A stretch of DNA of 60,482 nucleotides from a virus (lineage: Duplodnaviria; Caudoviricetes): positions 1 through 60,482 of the IMG/VR virus record IMGVR_UViG_3300042401_001867, one strand, 5' to 3'. The position numbers and the translations under genes are program-made. Position 1 is the stretch's first letter. Each line of letters begins with the position of its first letter. The notes beneath the pieces were generated by a model. The model was not told the origin of the DNA. It saw only the letters and a program-made list of their open reading frames with translations, and did no database searches. Positions 1 to 8,602 of the stretch are shown here, piece by piece.

Positions 1-142
1 AGAACTTGCCGTGATTACGCCCGAAGCAACGGCGAGGTTTTTGGCGTTTGGGGTGGGGAGACAGAGATAGAGCGATACAACGCTGGATTTTTAGAGTTTG
101 TACCCCACCACCTAAGTCGGAACAGTGCTATCGTCAAGAGGG

Positions 143-367
143 ATGAACACTTATAACGATTTTTTGGCTACGATATCTATCTACTACGAAAAGCAAGCGC
201 TAGCAGGTGGGGATTTGAGATACGGGCAGATGTATATGAACCACCTATGGGAAGTAAAGCCCCGCATAGCAGAGAAACTAAATGGTTCGTTGCTTGACCC
301 GTTCCATAGGGATAACTGTCCACCTAAAGTCCACGAGTTCGTGGAAGCATTGTGGTTCAGCGAATAG
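143..367 (+). CDS. hypothetical protein
   Basis: ORF track 125..367; ATG at 143 lies just downstream of a -10-like TATCGT. Confidence 0.65.
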   Translation: MNTYNDFLATISIYYEKQALAGGDLRYGQMYMNHLWEVKPRIAEKLNGSLLDPFHRDNCPPKVHEFVEALWFSE

Positions 368-506
368 GACAGCAAGACGAGCGACGAGGTTTATGAATAA
401 CCCGTGAAGGTTTTTGCTCAGCCTCTTTTTTCTTTTTTTTGTCCTCGTCAGCCATACACCAAGAATACACCTTGTGTTTCGAGATGAGCCCCGCTACTAT
501 TTGGGT

Positions 507-704
507 ATGAGTTTGCCCCCACTATTTACCTGTTTTGTTTGTAACCACTCAATTGACCCGAACGCCAACAACTCTTTACGATTGGCAACTGTATGGCTGA
601 AGGGCGCTGGCAAGACGGTTCACGCTATTGAGAACGAGATGTATCGCTATCGCCATAACTTTTGTAACCTTGACCCGAACTTTGAGCAAGACAGTCTTTT
701 CTAG
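507..704 (+). CDS. small Cys/His-containing hypothetical protein (CxxC ... HxxC)
   Basis: ATG at 507 is 6 nt after TACTAT (leaderless pattern); CFVC and HNFC motifs. Confidence 0.55.
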   Translation: MSLPPLFTCFVCNHSIDPNANNSLRLATVWLKGAGKTVHAIENEMYRYRHNFCNLDPNFEQDSLF

Positions 705-904
705 CCGAGACGCATTGCGCCAATCGCCGAGTTTGTCTCGCCAAGTGTTTTGCCTGCGACATTGCCAGTAACGCCAACGCGAGTGTCAAGGTTTTTGAGT
801 ATCACCTGAACTTCGTCAAGTTTCTTGTTCATCTCTACGAGTGAGTTCATAACGGACTTCATTGCTTGCTCTATTGAGGTGTCTGTTGATGTGTCTAGTT
901 CCAT
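701..904 (-). CDS. small coiled-coil hypothetical protein
   Basis: ATG 904 is 7 nt after TAGGAT on the minus strand; heptad-like LVEMNKKLDEVQVILKNLD. Confidence 0.55.
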   Translation of the reverse strand: MELDTSTDTSIEQAMKSVMNSLVEMNKKLDEVQVILKNLDTRVGVTGNVAGKTLGETNSAIGAMRLG

Positions 905-934
905 ACGGCTAATCCTAGCAAGTATGATGACGGA

Positions 935-2857
935 GTGCGCCTCTACCTTGACCACGATTTGTTAGCACTTGACTTTCCGTATGACCCAGCACAGGTTGCT
1001 GAAGTCAAAGGTATAGCCGGGGCTAAGTGGGACAAGGTGGACAAGCTGTGGAAGGCACCCATAGCCTCAATTGGAGATGTGCGTGATTTTGCTGTCAAGC
1101 ACGGTTTTGACATATCAGATGAAGTAATGAAGTTCACGGCACCAACTAGAGCGTCACGAAAAGGTGTTTATGTGAAAGGTGACTGGGTATTCATACAGTT
1201 TCCTTACGACAAAGTTGTACTCAAGGTAGTCAAGCAGATAGCAGGCGTCACTTGGGATAACAAAGAGATGGCTTGGAGAGCGCCACTAGCGTCAGCAAGC
1301 GAAGCAATTGCGTGGGCTAAGTCGTTTGATGTTTTTGTATCGCCTGAAGTACACGGTGTTTCCACCTCAATAAACAAGAAGTTAGATGAACTAAAGGAAG
1401 CGTCACGCTCAACAGACGCAGATATCGAAGTCCCGCTACTACAAGGAACACTATTGCCGTACCAAAGGGCAGGCGTGGAGTACGCCTCAAAGGCTAAGAG
1501 ATGTTTTATCGCAGACGAAATGGGACTTGGCAAGACGATACAAGCAATAGCAACGCTGGAGTATTCATCTAAGAGTTCAGACACCTACCCAGTAGTCATT
1601 GTTTGCCCACCAACACTCGTACTCAACTGGCAGGCAGAGTGGAATAGGTGGTTGCCTCACAGAAAGGTGGAAGTGGTAACAAGTCGCAAGTCTTTCCCGG
1701 AGCCCCGGACGTACGACGTGGTTGTGGTTGGTTACTCAAATATCCAACACTGGGAAAAAGAACTAACTAGTCATAACTCATACATTTTTGACGAAAGCCA
1801 TTACGCAAAGACACCCACTGCCCAACGAACCAAGTCAGCGATAAAGATGGCTAAGTCGGCAGATAAAGATGGAATTGTGTTATGTCTCACTGGGACACCC
1901 GTAACCAATAGACCAGCAGAGTACGCCAGCCAACTTGACATCATTGGAAAACTGAAAGAGTTTGGTGGGTTGTGGGGATTTTATAGACGATATTGTTCAG
2001 CGTTCCAAGACAAGTTTGGTCAGTGGAATATCAGTGGTCACTCTCATCTTGACGAACTCAACGATAGGTTGCGTGGTACTTGCTACATAAGACGAACCAA
2101 GTCGCAGGTACTTACTGAACTGCCACCCGTGATACATAGTCCACTTCTTGTTGAGGGTACTGATGTGGGGCTCAAGGAGTATCGCAAGGCAGAACAAGAC
2201 ATAATCAAGTACATAACGGACAGAGCCAAAGAGATAGCGATAGAACTCGGAGAAAGCCCTCACTCGGCAGCCGTTGTGGCGAAAATAAGAGCAGAAAGTA
2301 ACGAACACCTCGTGAAGTTATCCGTTTTGAGGAGACTGTCAGCCAAAGCAAAGATGCCAATGGTTGAGGAGTGGGTACAGTCCCGCATTGATGACGGCAA
2401 GAAGGTTGTAATCGCCGCTCACCACAGAGACATTGTTGATGACTTGGCAAAGAAGTTTGGCAACCTGCGTATTCAGGGCGGTATGTCGGTTGAGGAAATA
2501 GAAGCACAGAAGGCGAGGTTCCAAGACGAACCCGTAGAGACTGCGCCAGTCATTGTGTTGTCTATTCAGGCAGCCAAGACTGGACACACGCTCACATCAG
2601 CACAAGACATTTTGTTCGTGGAACTACCGTGGACACCATCGGACTTAGACCAAACATTTAGTCGTCTACACAGAATTGGGCAAAAGGGAAGCGTCACGGC
2701 TACTTATATGCTCACTGACAACACGATAGACCAAGAGATTTACGCACTTATTGAGAAAAAGCGCAAGGTAGTGAACGCTGCGACAGAAGGTGGAGAGTTT
2801 GCTGCGAGTGGTGGTGCTACGCAATTGATACTTGACTTGCTATCGCGCGCACGGTGA
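935..2857 (+). CDS. SNF2-family (HARP/SMARCAL1-like) DNA helicase/annealing translocase
   Basis: Two N-terminal HARP-like repeats (FPYD...W...W.AP), LLPYQ, ADEMGLGKT, DESH, LTGTP, SRLHRIGQ motifs. Confidence 0.9.
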   Translation: MRLYLDHDLLALDFPYDPAQVAEVKGIAGAKWDKVDKLWKAPIASIGDVRDFAVKHGFDISDEVMKFTAPTRASRKGVYVKGDWVFIQFPYDKVVLKVVKQIAGVTWDNKEMAWRAPLASASEAIAWAKSFDVFVSPEVHGVSTSINKKLDELKEASRSTDADIEVPLLQGTLLPYQRAGVEYASKAKRCFIADEMGLGKTIQAIATLEYSSKSSDTYPVVIVCPPTLVLNWQAEWNRWLPHRKVEVVTSRKSFPEPRTYDVVVVGYSNIQHWEKELTSHNSYIFDESHYAKTPTAQRTKSAIKMAKSADKDGIVLCLTGTPVTNRPAEYASQLDIIGKLKEFGGLWGFYRRYCSAFQDKFGQWNISGHSHLDELNDRLRGTCYIRRTKSQVLTELPPVIHSPLLVEGTDVGLKEYRKAEQDIIKYITDRAKEIAIELGESPHSAAVVAKIRAESNEHLVKLSVLRRLSAKAKMPMVEEWVQSRIDDGKKVVIAAHHRDIVDDLAKKFGNLRIQGGMSVEEIEAQKARFQDEPVETAPVIVLSIQAAKTGHTLTSAQDILFVELPWTPSDLDQTFSRLHRIGQKGSVTATYMLTDNTIDQEIYALIEKKRKVVNAATEGGEFAASGGATQLILDLLSRAR

Positions 2858-2881
2858 GCCCCGCCGTCTCGTCACGCTGGA

Positions 2882-2907
2882 AATCTGAAGCACCCCCGTA
2901 TTAGGAT
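2882..2907 (+). promoter_or_regulatory. putative early promoter AATCTGAAGCACC-N7-TAGGAT
   Basis: Same upstream box and 7-nt spacing to a TAnnnT hexamer recur at 6227 (-) and 6837 (-), each ahead of a gene start. Confidence 0.6.
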
Positions 2908-2950
2908 TGCGTTGCCGCAAGGCACACAAGCCAACTGAAAGGGGCACAAA

Positions 2951-3151
2951 ATGGAAGAATGGGAAGAGGCGGGTTTCGCTTCGGAAGAGGCGTATGTGAA
3001 AGACGCAAACGCTATGTACGAAGCCGAGCAAGAAGCGGAGTTTTGTATGAACTTCGTCAACCGTGGGGGTATCGCATCTGAATGGCGACAGGCTTATCAT
3101 CAGTCGCAGATGACCGAAGAAGAGCTGGTCGCCTATCTCCACGGGGAATAA
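2951..3151 (+). CDS. acidic hypothetical protein
   Basis: 66-aa ORF with strong RBS (GAAAGGGG). Confidence 0.65.
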   Translation: MEEWEEAGFASEEAYVKDANAMYEAEQEAEFCMNFVNRGGIASEWRQAYHQSQMTEEELVAYLHGE

Positions 3152-3186
3152 GGCAAACGAAGCCCAACTGAAAGGGGGTGAACAAA

Positions 3187-3408
3187 ATGAAAAGGGAGAT
3201 TATTTGGCGCTTGACCGAAACTCAAAAGGCGCTCATTATGAGAGCAGTTCTACATTGCCCAACCCAAACGGGAATGGGCGCTGAGGAACTGGAGGAGTAT
3301 TGGGCTCACTCAAGCGCACTTGAGTTGGAACTTGAGCAACTCGGTCACGGTGGCGAGGGGTTGTGGTGGTATTTGTACCACAACACCAAGCGCCGAAAGA
3401 AGCGCTAG
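3187..3408 (+). CDS. hypothetical protein
   Basis: ORF with the same CAACTGAAAGGGG...ACAAAATG leader as the preceding gene. Confidence 0.6.
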   Translation: MKREIIWRLTETQKALIMRAVLHCPTQTGMGAEELEEYWAHSSALELELEQLGHGGEGLWWYLYHNTKRRKKR

Positions 3409-3463
3409 TGGACAGAGGCAGGGGCACACAGCCCTTGTCTCTCGTCTGCGTGTGTGGCGGGGC

Positions 3464-3886
3464 TTATTCGACCTTGCTGTCGGGAACTATGCCCATCAAC
3501 TCATCAGCAATTAGTTTTGCGTATTTTCTGCGCAGTTTCCATATTTTTTGGTTCATTTCAGCCATTGCGTCAGTGGTGCGTGCCTTCTTTATTGCGTCAG
3601 TATCAAAAACGCCGTACTTCTTAAACAAAATATCGTCAAGGTCGTTGTTCTCAATGATTATGTCGCTAATCCAATGACCCCTCTTGTCAATGCTCATCAG
3701 TAGTTCACAAAGACCCTCAAAGCCAAACTCGTTGTAGACACGGTTGGTTACTAAATCGCAGAAATGGGCACGGTACATCATCTCTGCCTCGGCTGTGTTG
3801 GTCATAAACTCACTCAGCCATACGGCGAGTTCTTCTCGTGACGGAATATCACCATCGTCTCCGTCAAACTCAAAGTCTTCTTCCAT
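3464..3886 (-). CDS. acidic hypothetical protein
   Basis: 140-aa ORF, GGAAGG upstream. Confidence 0.7.
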   Translation of the reverse strand: MEEDFEFDGDDGDIPSREELAVWLSEFMTNTAEAEMMYRAHFCDLVTNRVYNEFGFEGLCELLMSIDKRGHWISDIIIENNDLDDILFKKYGVFDTDAIKKARTTDAMAEMNQKIWKLRRKYAKLIADELMGIVPDSKVE

Positions 3887-3942
3887 TAGCCTGCCTTCCG
3901 TTGTACCGGGGCTCTAGTAATCAATGATACTTGTGATGACTG

Positions 3943-4968
3943 TCAAGCCAAAGACAGAATAACTTCTTGCGCCAACACCTTCTTTTGTGTGACCCAGGAA
4001 TTGCTATTCATTGAGGCAAGCGCACGCTCATCTGCCTTGCCTTCACGATAATGGTCAAGGTATTCGGCAATAGCGTTGTACGCACTCCACCCGTTATACC
4101 CGTAGCCACCTGCGTTTCTTTCGTTGTCGTACACTCCACGAACAAGCGCTACTACTCCGTCACGGTTTTTCTTTTGCCTATCAGTGCCGTTCGTTTCGTT
4201 GGGGAACACCTTGTCAAGTATCGTTGCGAGTTGCGCACTTCGTGGTGGAACGTTGATGGTGAGCAACTTATTGGCTACAAACTGGAACGACTTCGCCCAC
4301 TCCGTTGATATTTCTAGAACTTTCTGTGCTTCCTCAATGGCGTTGTCAGCGTTACGAGTGTGTCGTGCCGTGAACACACGACGGGCAGACGCTTGACCTG
4401 CGATTACGGTGTTCTTACATACTGCTCTGATTGAGGTGTTAGCAAAGGTGATAGCCGTCTTGCCATCGTGACCATTACGAACTAGTAGGTAACGGTCTAT
4501 CTTGTCGTTGATACCCGTGGGGTCAATGATGAGTTGCCCCAAGTCAAGAGAACTAAAGAACTCTCTGCCTTCGTCAAGTACGCCACAAGTGTCTACTACT
4601 GCGTCCCCCTTCGAAGCCCCGACTATTGCGAGGGCGTAATCCAAGCACTCACGGTTTTGCTGTACGACATAGCGAGTACCTACTGTGGCTAGTCCGTCAA
4701 ATGTGCCGTCAGGATTTACTCTCACGGTTGCTCGGCTGTCCTCAATAATCACTGGCGTGTTGTCAGGGTTTCTAATGAGGTTGCCCTCTGCGTCTACGAC
4801 TGCGACCTTCGTTGTGACCACATCAAAGTCAGCCTGCGCTGCTTGGAGCATTGCCTCTGCCGTCTGTAGTCCCTTCATAGGAACACCTAGACGATGCCAC
4901 GGGACTTCACGGTCAGCATAAGCCATTCTCGCTATGCCCTTGTTGTCTACTTCTAGTGAGTGTGCCAT
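3943..4968 (-). CDS. DUF932-family phage/plasmid protein
   Basis: MAHSLE start, PWHRLG, YVVQQN, RYLLVRNGHDG, TSIRAVCKNT, RHT, WSAYNAIAEYLDH motifs typical of DUF932. Confidence 0.85.
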   Translation of the reverse strand: MAHSLEVDNKGIARMAYADREVPWHRLGVPMKGLQTAEAMLQAAQADFDVVTTKVAVVDAEGNLIRNPDNTPVIIEDSRATVRVNPDGTFDGLATVGTRYVVQQNRECLDYALAIVGASKGDAVVDTCGVLDEGREFFSSLDLGQLIIDPTGINDKIDRYLLVRNGHDGKTAITFANTSIRAVCKNTVIAGQASARRVFTARHTRNADNAIEEAQKVLEISTEWAKSFQFVANKLLTINVPPRSAQLATILDKVFPNETNGTDRQKKNRDGVVALVRGVYDNERNAGGYGYNGWSAYNAIAEYLDHYREGKADERALASMNSNSWVTQKKVLAQEVILSLA

Positions 4969-5067
4969 AACGCCTTGTCTCTCGGTTGCTTCGTAGTTAG
5001 ATTTATCTGAAAGCAAGCATACACTCTGCCCTCTTACTACTGGAGTAAGTGACCTACACCTCTTATT

Positions 5068-5340
5068 TCACCTGTCAAACACTATTTCCTGTGACACTTG
5101 GATTACTTGACCGTACTTCTTTACTAGGTCATCAGTCGCTTCTAGTGTGTTGCCGTGACACCAACGGACTGCGAGACCACTAAGAGTGTCACCTTCCTGA
5201 ACGATTACTCGGTCAATGTCACAAAAATAACTATCGTCACCTCGCACTGCGACAAACATACAGAACAAAACTACCAAGAAAAATAATGGTAGTAGTATCA
5301 GGTCACGCTTCTCGGTTTGCTTCGTGTTGTATTTGCTCAT
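5068..5340 (-). CDS. membrane-anchored LysM-like protein
   Basis: Hydrophobic segment followed by VIVQEGDTLSGLA...IQVSQEI. Confidence 0.6.
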   Translation of the reverse strand: MSKYNTKQTEKRDLILLPLFFLVVLFCMFVAVRGDDSYFCDIDRVIVQEGDTLSGLAVRWCHGNTLEATDDLVKKYGQVIQVSQEIVFDR

Positions 5341-5530
5341 TTGATTTGCCCTTTCGGTAGGTACTAATTACACTAGGGTAGTTTGACCCCTATGTCAAGG
5401 ATTTCCGATTGGGCATACTGGGTATGACTACTACCCGTAGCACTACCCGTAGTCACTTGCTGGCTTCATATGCGTTGGTAGGTGGCATGTCAGGTGGGCT
5501 ATGACACTCCGTACCGGGGCTTCGAGATTG

Positions 5531-5905
5531 CTATTGGCTAGATGGTGCTATCCACTCACCACCACTGGCTAACACTGTCCCTCCACTAGGGGCGATACTC
5601 CAAGCGTAGTTACAACAAGGCTTCTCGCTGTACGGACTAGGGTGTGCGCCTCGCTCTATTGACTTGGCTAGTAGTGGGAAGGTGTCTAGCAACTTCACGA
5701 TACAAGCGTGGCACATACTCCACGACTTCAGTAATTCATCAGACTTCATAATTGCTTCTATGTTGTCTGTAAAGCCATTGTAATAACCAAAGGTTTCGTA
5801 AGGCAACCACCAACCATCGTCAATGGCAGTTGGGGAACTGATACTGGCTGGATACATCTCGCCACAAGCGTCGCACATCACTGCGTCGGGTGTTGGATTA
5901 TTCAT
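5531..5905 (-). CDS. Cys-rich hypothetical protein
   Basis: CDAC, CHAC and CC motifs; ATGA-type overlap with the upstream gene. Confidence 0.65.
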   Translation of the reverse strand: MNNPTPDAVMCDACGEMYPASISSPTAIDDGWWLPYETFGYYNGFTDNIEAIMKSDELLKSWSMCHACIVKLLDTFPLLAKSIERGAHPSPYSEKPCCNYAWSIAPSGGTVLASGGEWIAPSSQ

Positions 5906-6195
5906 AAGGCGTACTCTCCTCGCTTCCTTCGGTAATGGGATACAAACTCATCACTATCATAGTCACAAGGTGACCACACTATGTCGGCTTCACTGAAGGT
6001 ATCGTCAGGGCGTAAGCGAACTATCACATAGTCAAAGGCATCATCAGCGTTGCGTGTGAGGTACTTCATACAATCTACGAGGGTAGAGCGATACTCAAAG
6101 TAATCAGGTAGGTCATAGCGACACATACTCCAAGCGTCACCATACGAGGGGCAATCAACTACTGCGTACCTGCGTCTGTCTTTCTCAACGGTCAT
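5902..6195 (-). CDS. hypothetical protein
   Basis: 97-aa ORF with a leaderless start after TAGGCT. Confidence 0.65.
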   Translation of the reverse strand: MTVEKDRRRYAVVDCPSYGDAWSMCRYDLPDYFEYRSTLVDCMKYLTRNADDAFDYVIVRLRPDDTFSEADIVWSPCDYDSDEFVSHYRRKRGEYAL

Positions 6196-6201
6196 AGGGT
6201 G

Positions 6202-6227
6202 AGCCTACGGTATGGGTGCTTCAGATT
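6202..6227 (-). promoter_or_regulatory. putative early promoter AATCTGAAGCACC-N7-TAGGCT
   Basis: 14-bp exact reverse-complement match to 2882-2895; ATG follows 6 nt after the -10. Confidence 0.6.
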
Positions 6228-6268
6228 ACTAGTAGTCATAACCCGTAGTGCTACCCGTGCGTCTTGCG

Positions 6269-6355
6269 TCAGTCATGGTCTTTCAGTTTCATCGCACAAT
6301 AGACGAGGGCGATACCTGCGAGGCACATCAGGTCAAGCAATGTCGCACCACTCAT
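6269..6355 (-). CDS. 28-aa hydrophobic peptide (MSGATLLDLMCLAGIALVYCAMKLKDHD)
   Basis: Translated by eye; ATGA coupling to the stop of 6352..6540. Confidence 0.45.
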   Translation of the reverse strand: MSGATLLDLMCLAGIALVYCAMKLKDHD

Positions 6356-6540
6356 TGCTCACAACCTACTGCGTCATCACTGTCATCAGTGAGACTGAAC
6401 TTGGGCATTACGAACAGCGTGTTACCTATGCTGTATGCGTTACGACTTGCGTTATACATTGCGTCAGGGAATAGACGAACCAAGTCAATCGCTGTCAGTG
6501 GCGTGTCGCGTAGGTGAACTACGTTTCGTATTCGTGCCAT
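6352..6540 (-). CDS. hypothetical protein
   Basis: 62-aa ORF within a run of minus-strand genes. Confidence 0.55.
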   Translation of the reverse strand: MARIRNVVHLRDTPLTAIDLVRLFPDAMYNASRNAYSIGNTLFVMPKFSLTDDSDDAVGCEQ

Positions 6541-6557
6541 TGTCGTTGTCGTTCGTT

Positions 6558-6782
6558 TTACTTCGTGCTAGCGATTGCGTTTGCGTAATAGACGTCATCG
6601 CACCACTCTGCCAACCTCACTAGGTCAGCAACCAACGAACCTTCGTAGTTGAGTAACTCAGCCAACCCATTAGGCAGTGTTTGTGAATTGCTATCGCCAC
6701 CTCGCTTCGTGTTGTATATCGCCGTGATGAGTTCACTAGCAACTCTCGCGACATCACTGAAACTATTTGCGTTGTGTACCAT
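6558..6782 (-). CDS. hypothetical protein
   Basis: 74-aa ORF with AAGGGGA RBS. Confidence 0.6.
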   Translation of the reverse strand: MVHNANSFSDVARVASELITAIYNTKRGGDSNSQTLPNGLAELLNYEGSLVADLVRLAEWCDDVYYANAIASTK

Positions 6783-6811
6783 ATTGTCCCCTTGTCTAGT
6801 AGTTATCGTAA

Positions 6812-6837
6812 GCGTACAGCATAGGTGTATCAGATTT
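6812..6837 (-). promoter_or_regulatory. putative early promoter AATCTGATACACC-N7-TACGCT
   Basis: Third copy of the AATCTGAnnCACC box with the same spacing to the -10. Confidence 0.55.
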
Positions 6838-6939
6838 CTAATGCGTTTTCAGAGGGGTCGACGGGGCTCTTTCCGAACACATACCCCACCGGTGGGCACT
6901 AACGAGCCAAAATATGGAGTTGCCGGACTTTAAATAGAT

Positions 6940-7575
6940 TTATCTAAAGCGGCTCTTCGAAGTGGTCTTCTTCTTCGCCTTGTTGCGCTCATGCTCCTCA
7001 GGGTCGTCTATACGCGTCACAAGCCCTCCTAGGCTCGTCCAGTCGGCTTTCTCTCCCAGGTGGGCCACTGCCGTCTTAATCTCCCAGCGCATGCCTGCGT
7101 CGAATGCACAGTCAAGCAGCAGTATGTGAAGCTTGTTTAGGTCGTATATGAGGGTAGGGCTTGAGTTTCCATATTTGAAGTGTTGTCTTATCGCTGCAGA
7201 TAGCTCTGCGTAGTCGCCTTCGACATGGATGAGGTTTTGTGGTTCTGCTACATCTATTGCAAGGTATCCATATGGCGCATCCATCTTCTCAATCAGCGTT
7301 CCCATGAGTCCCCTCATTTTTTGCGTCCCAAAACCGGCCTGCTCCAACTGTCCAAGGAGCAACACGATGAAGCATCCCTCATAGGTGAAGCTTCTGTCAT
7401 ATCCTGATACGCCTGTATGTATGTAGGAAGCAGGTATGAGACCTTCTTTTATCCAGAAGTCGAAAGTCTTGTACGGAGTCTCGGTGTAAAAGGAGAGCTC
7501 TTGCAGTGTGAGTGTAAGAGTTTGTTTCTTTTGTAGATGGAGAGCTTTGATTCTCTCTGTGCTCATTAGTGCCAT
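6940..7575 (-). CDS. MerR-type HTH transcriptional regulator
   Basis: LTLQELSFYTETPYKTFDFWIKEGLIPAS...GYDRSFT...QLEQAGF matches the MerR HTH pattern. Confidence 0.6.
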   Translation of the reverse strand: MALMSTERIKALHLQKKQTLTLTLQELSFYTETPYKTFDFWIKEGLIPASYIHTGVSGYDRSFTYEGCFIVLLLGQLEQAGFGTQKMRGLMGTLIEKMDAPYGYLAIDVAEPQNLIHVEGDYAELSAAIRQHFKYGNSSPTLIYDLNKLHILLLDCAFDAGMRWEIKTAVAHLGEKADWTSLGGLVTRIDDPEEHERNKAKKKTTSKSRFR

Positions 7576-7773
7576 TGTGTTGTTCCTCTAGGTGTAAATA
7601 TAACAGATGACTTGGAAAACCAGGATAAATTTAACTAGAAGTTGGCGCGCCGTTTTTCTCAGTTTGATTATTGTGGGGTGGCTATAAAATATATAACCGC
7701 TTGCTATTGCTGATTAAATTTATCCAATAGAGGGCCAAAATAAAAAAATCGCGCGGGAAAGCCGTCACCTAGA

Positions 7774-8148
7774 TTACAGGGTTGCGTCGTTCTGGTTTAA
7801 TTTAGCTGACACTCTTGATTGTCTTATGTACTGTGACTTGGCTCCGTTCGCAGCAAGGTGGTCGTATTCTTCCTTTTTGCGAGCTCGTCCCATCAACTGT
7901 AAAACATGTTGACCATAGAGGGTTATTCTGTATTGTTCGTGCCCCTTTTTCTCTTCTCGTTCTAGACAGTCAGTCTTTACTAGGTGTTTGAAAGACTCCT
8001 CGACATGGCCGACATGGTCTCTTCTGTTGAGTTGGAAACCTCGGTAGTCGGCGCGAGTAAACCAGCCCTTTTTTGTCTTTGCGTAACACATAACGACGTA
8101 CGCCTGGCTGCCTTGTTTGATTGGTTTTCTATTTGGGAATTGATTCAT
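7774..8148 (-). CDS. hypothetical protein, possible winged helix
   Basis: HLVKTDCLE...YRITLYG resembles a wHTH wing. Confidence 0.55.
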   Translation of the reverse strand: MNQFPNRKPIKQGSQAYVVMCYAKTKKGWFTRADYRGFQLNRRDHVGHVEESFKHLVKTDCLEREEKKGHEQYRITLYGQHVLQLMGRARKKEEYDHLAANGAKSQYIRQSRVSAKLNQNDATL

Positions 8149-8188
8149 GGGGGTGAACCATATCTACCGTTTTAGAAAATCACAAGTT

Positions 8189-8602
8189 TTATTCTGTGTC
8201 TTTTGTCGTTTTGTTTGCGTCCGAATACTTGGCATAATGAAGCGTCGATGCGGCATGCTCTGGATTCAGCGTCTTGAGCCACCCACCGATTGACTTCATT
8301 AGGACCCCAGGGCCACCAGTGGCGCTACACGTCTTGAATGAAATACCTTCATATTTGGAGATTATATTGTTGATTTTCTCCAGAGTATCTTTGTCGTCCA
8401 TATTCGATGGTTTTATGTAGTAGCGAAGGCCGCCAAACTTTTCTTTAACTTGGTAAATCTGATAGTTCGGGTCCACTCCGGTCAGTTCTTTGTCGCAATC
8501 TATGACCAGCTGATACCAGCCCTCATCAACATCTATTGATTTCCAGTATTCAGGAACTATTTTTTTCTTGAGTTCCTCTACCTGTAGTTGTATCTCATTC
8601 AT
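8189..8602 (-). CDS. conserved phage hypothetical protein (QVKEKFGGLRYY type)
   Basis: GW...QVKEKFGGLRYY...C...G.PG motif, recalled as common in phages. Confidence 0.75.
   Translation of the reverse strand: MNEIQLQVEELKKKIVPEYWKSIDVDEGWYQLVIDCDKELTGVDPNYQIYQVKEKFGGLRYYIKPSNMDDKDTLEKINNIISKYEGISFKTCSATGGPGVLMKSIGGWLKTLNPEHAASTLHYAKYSDANKTTKDTE

Noticed and set aside
2857-3464. Insertion sequence
   Set aside because: Only 9-bp inverted repeats, with no transposase and no target-site duplication.
7580-7770. Replication origin in the AT-rich intergenic gap
   Set aside because: No iterons or recognisable boxes; AT richness alone is insufficient.
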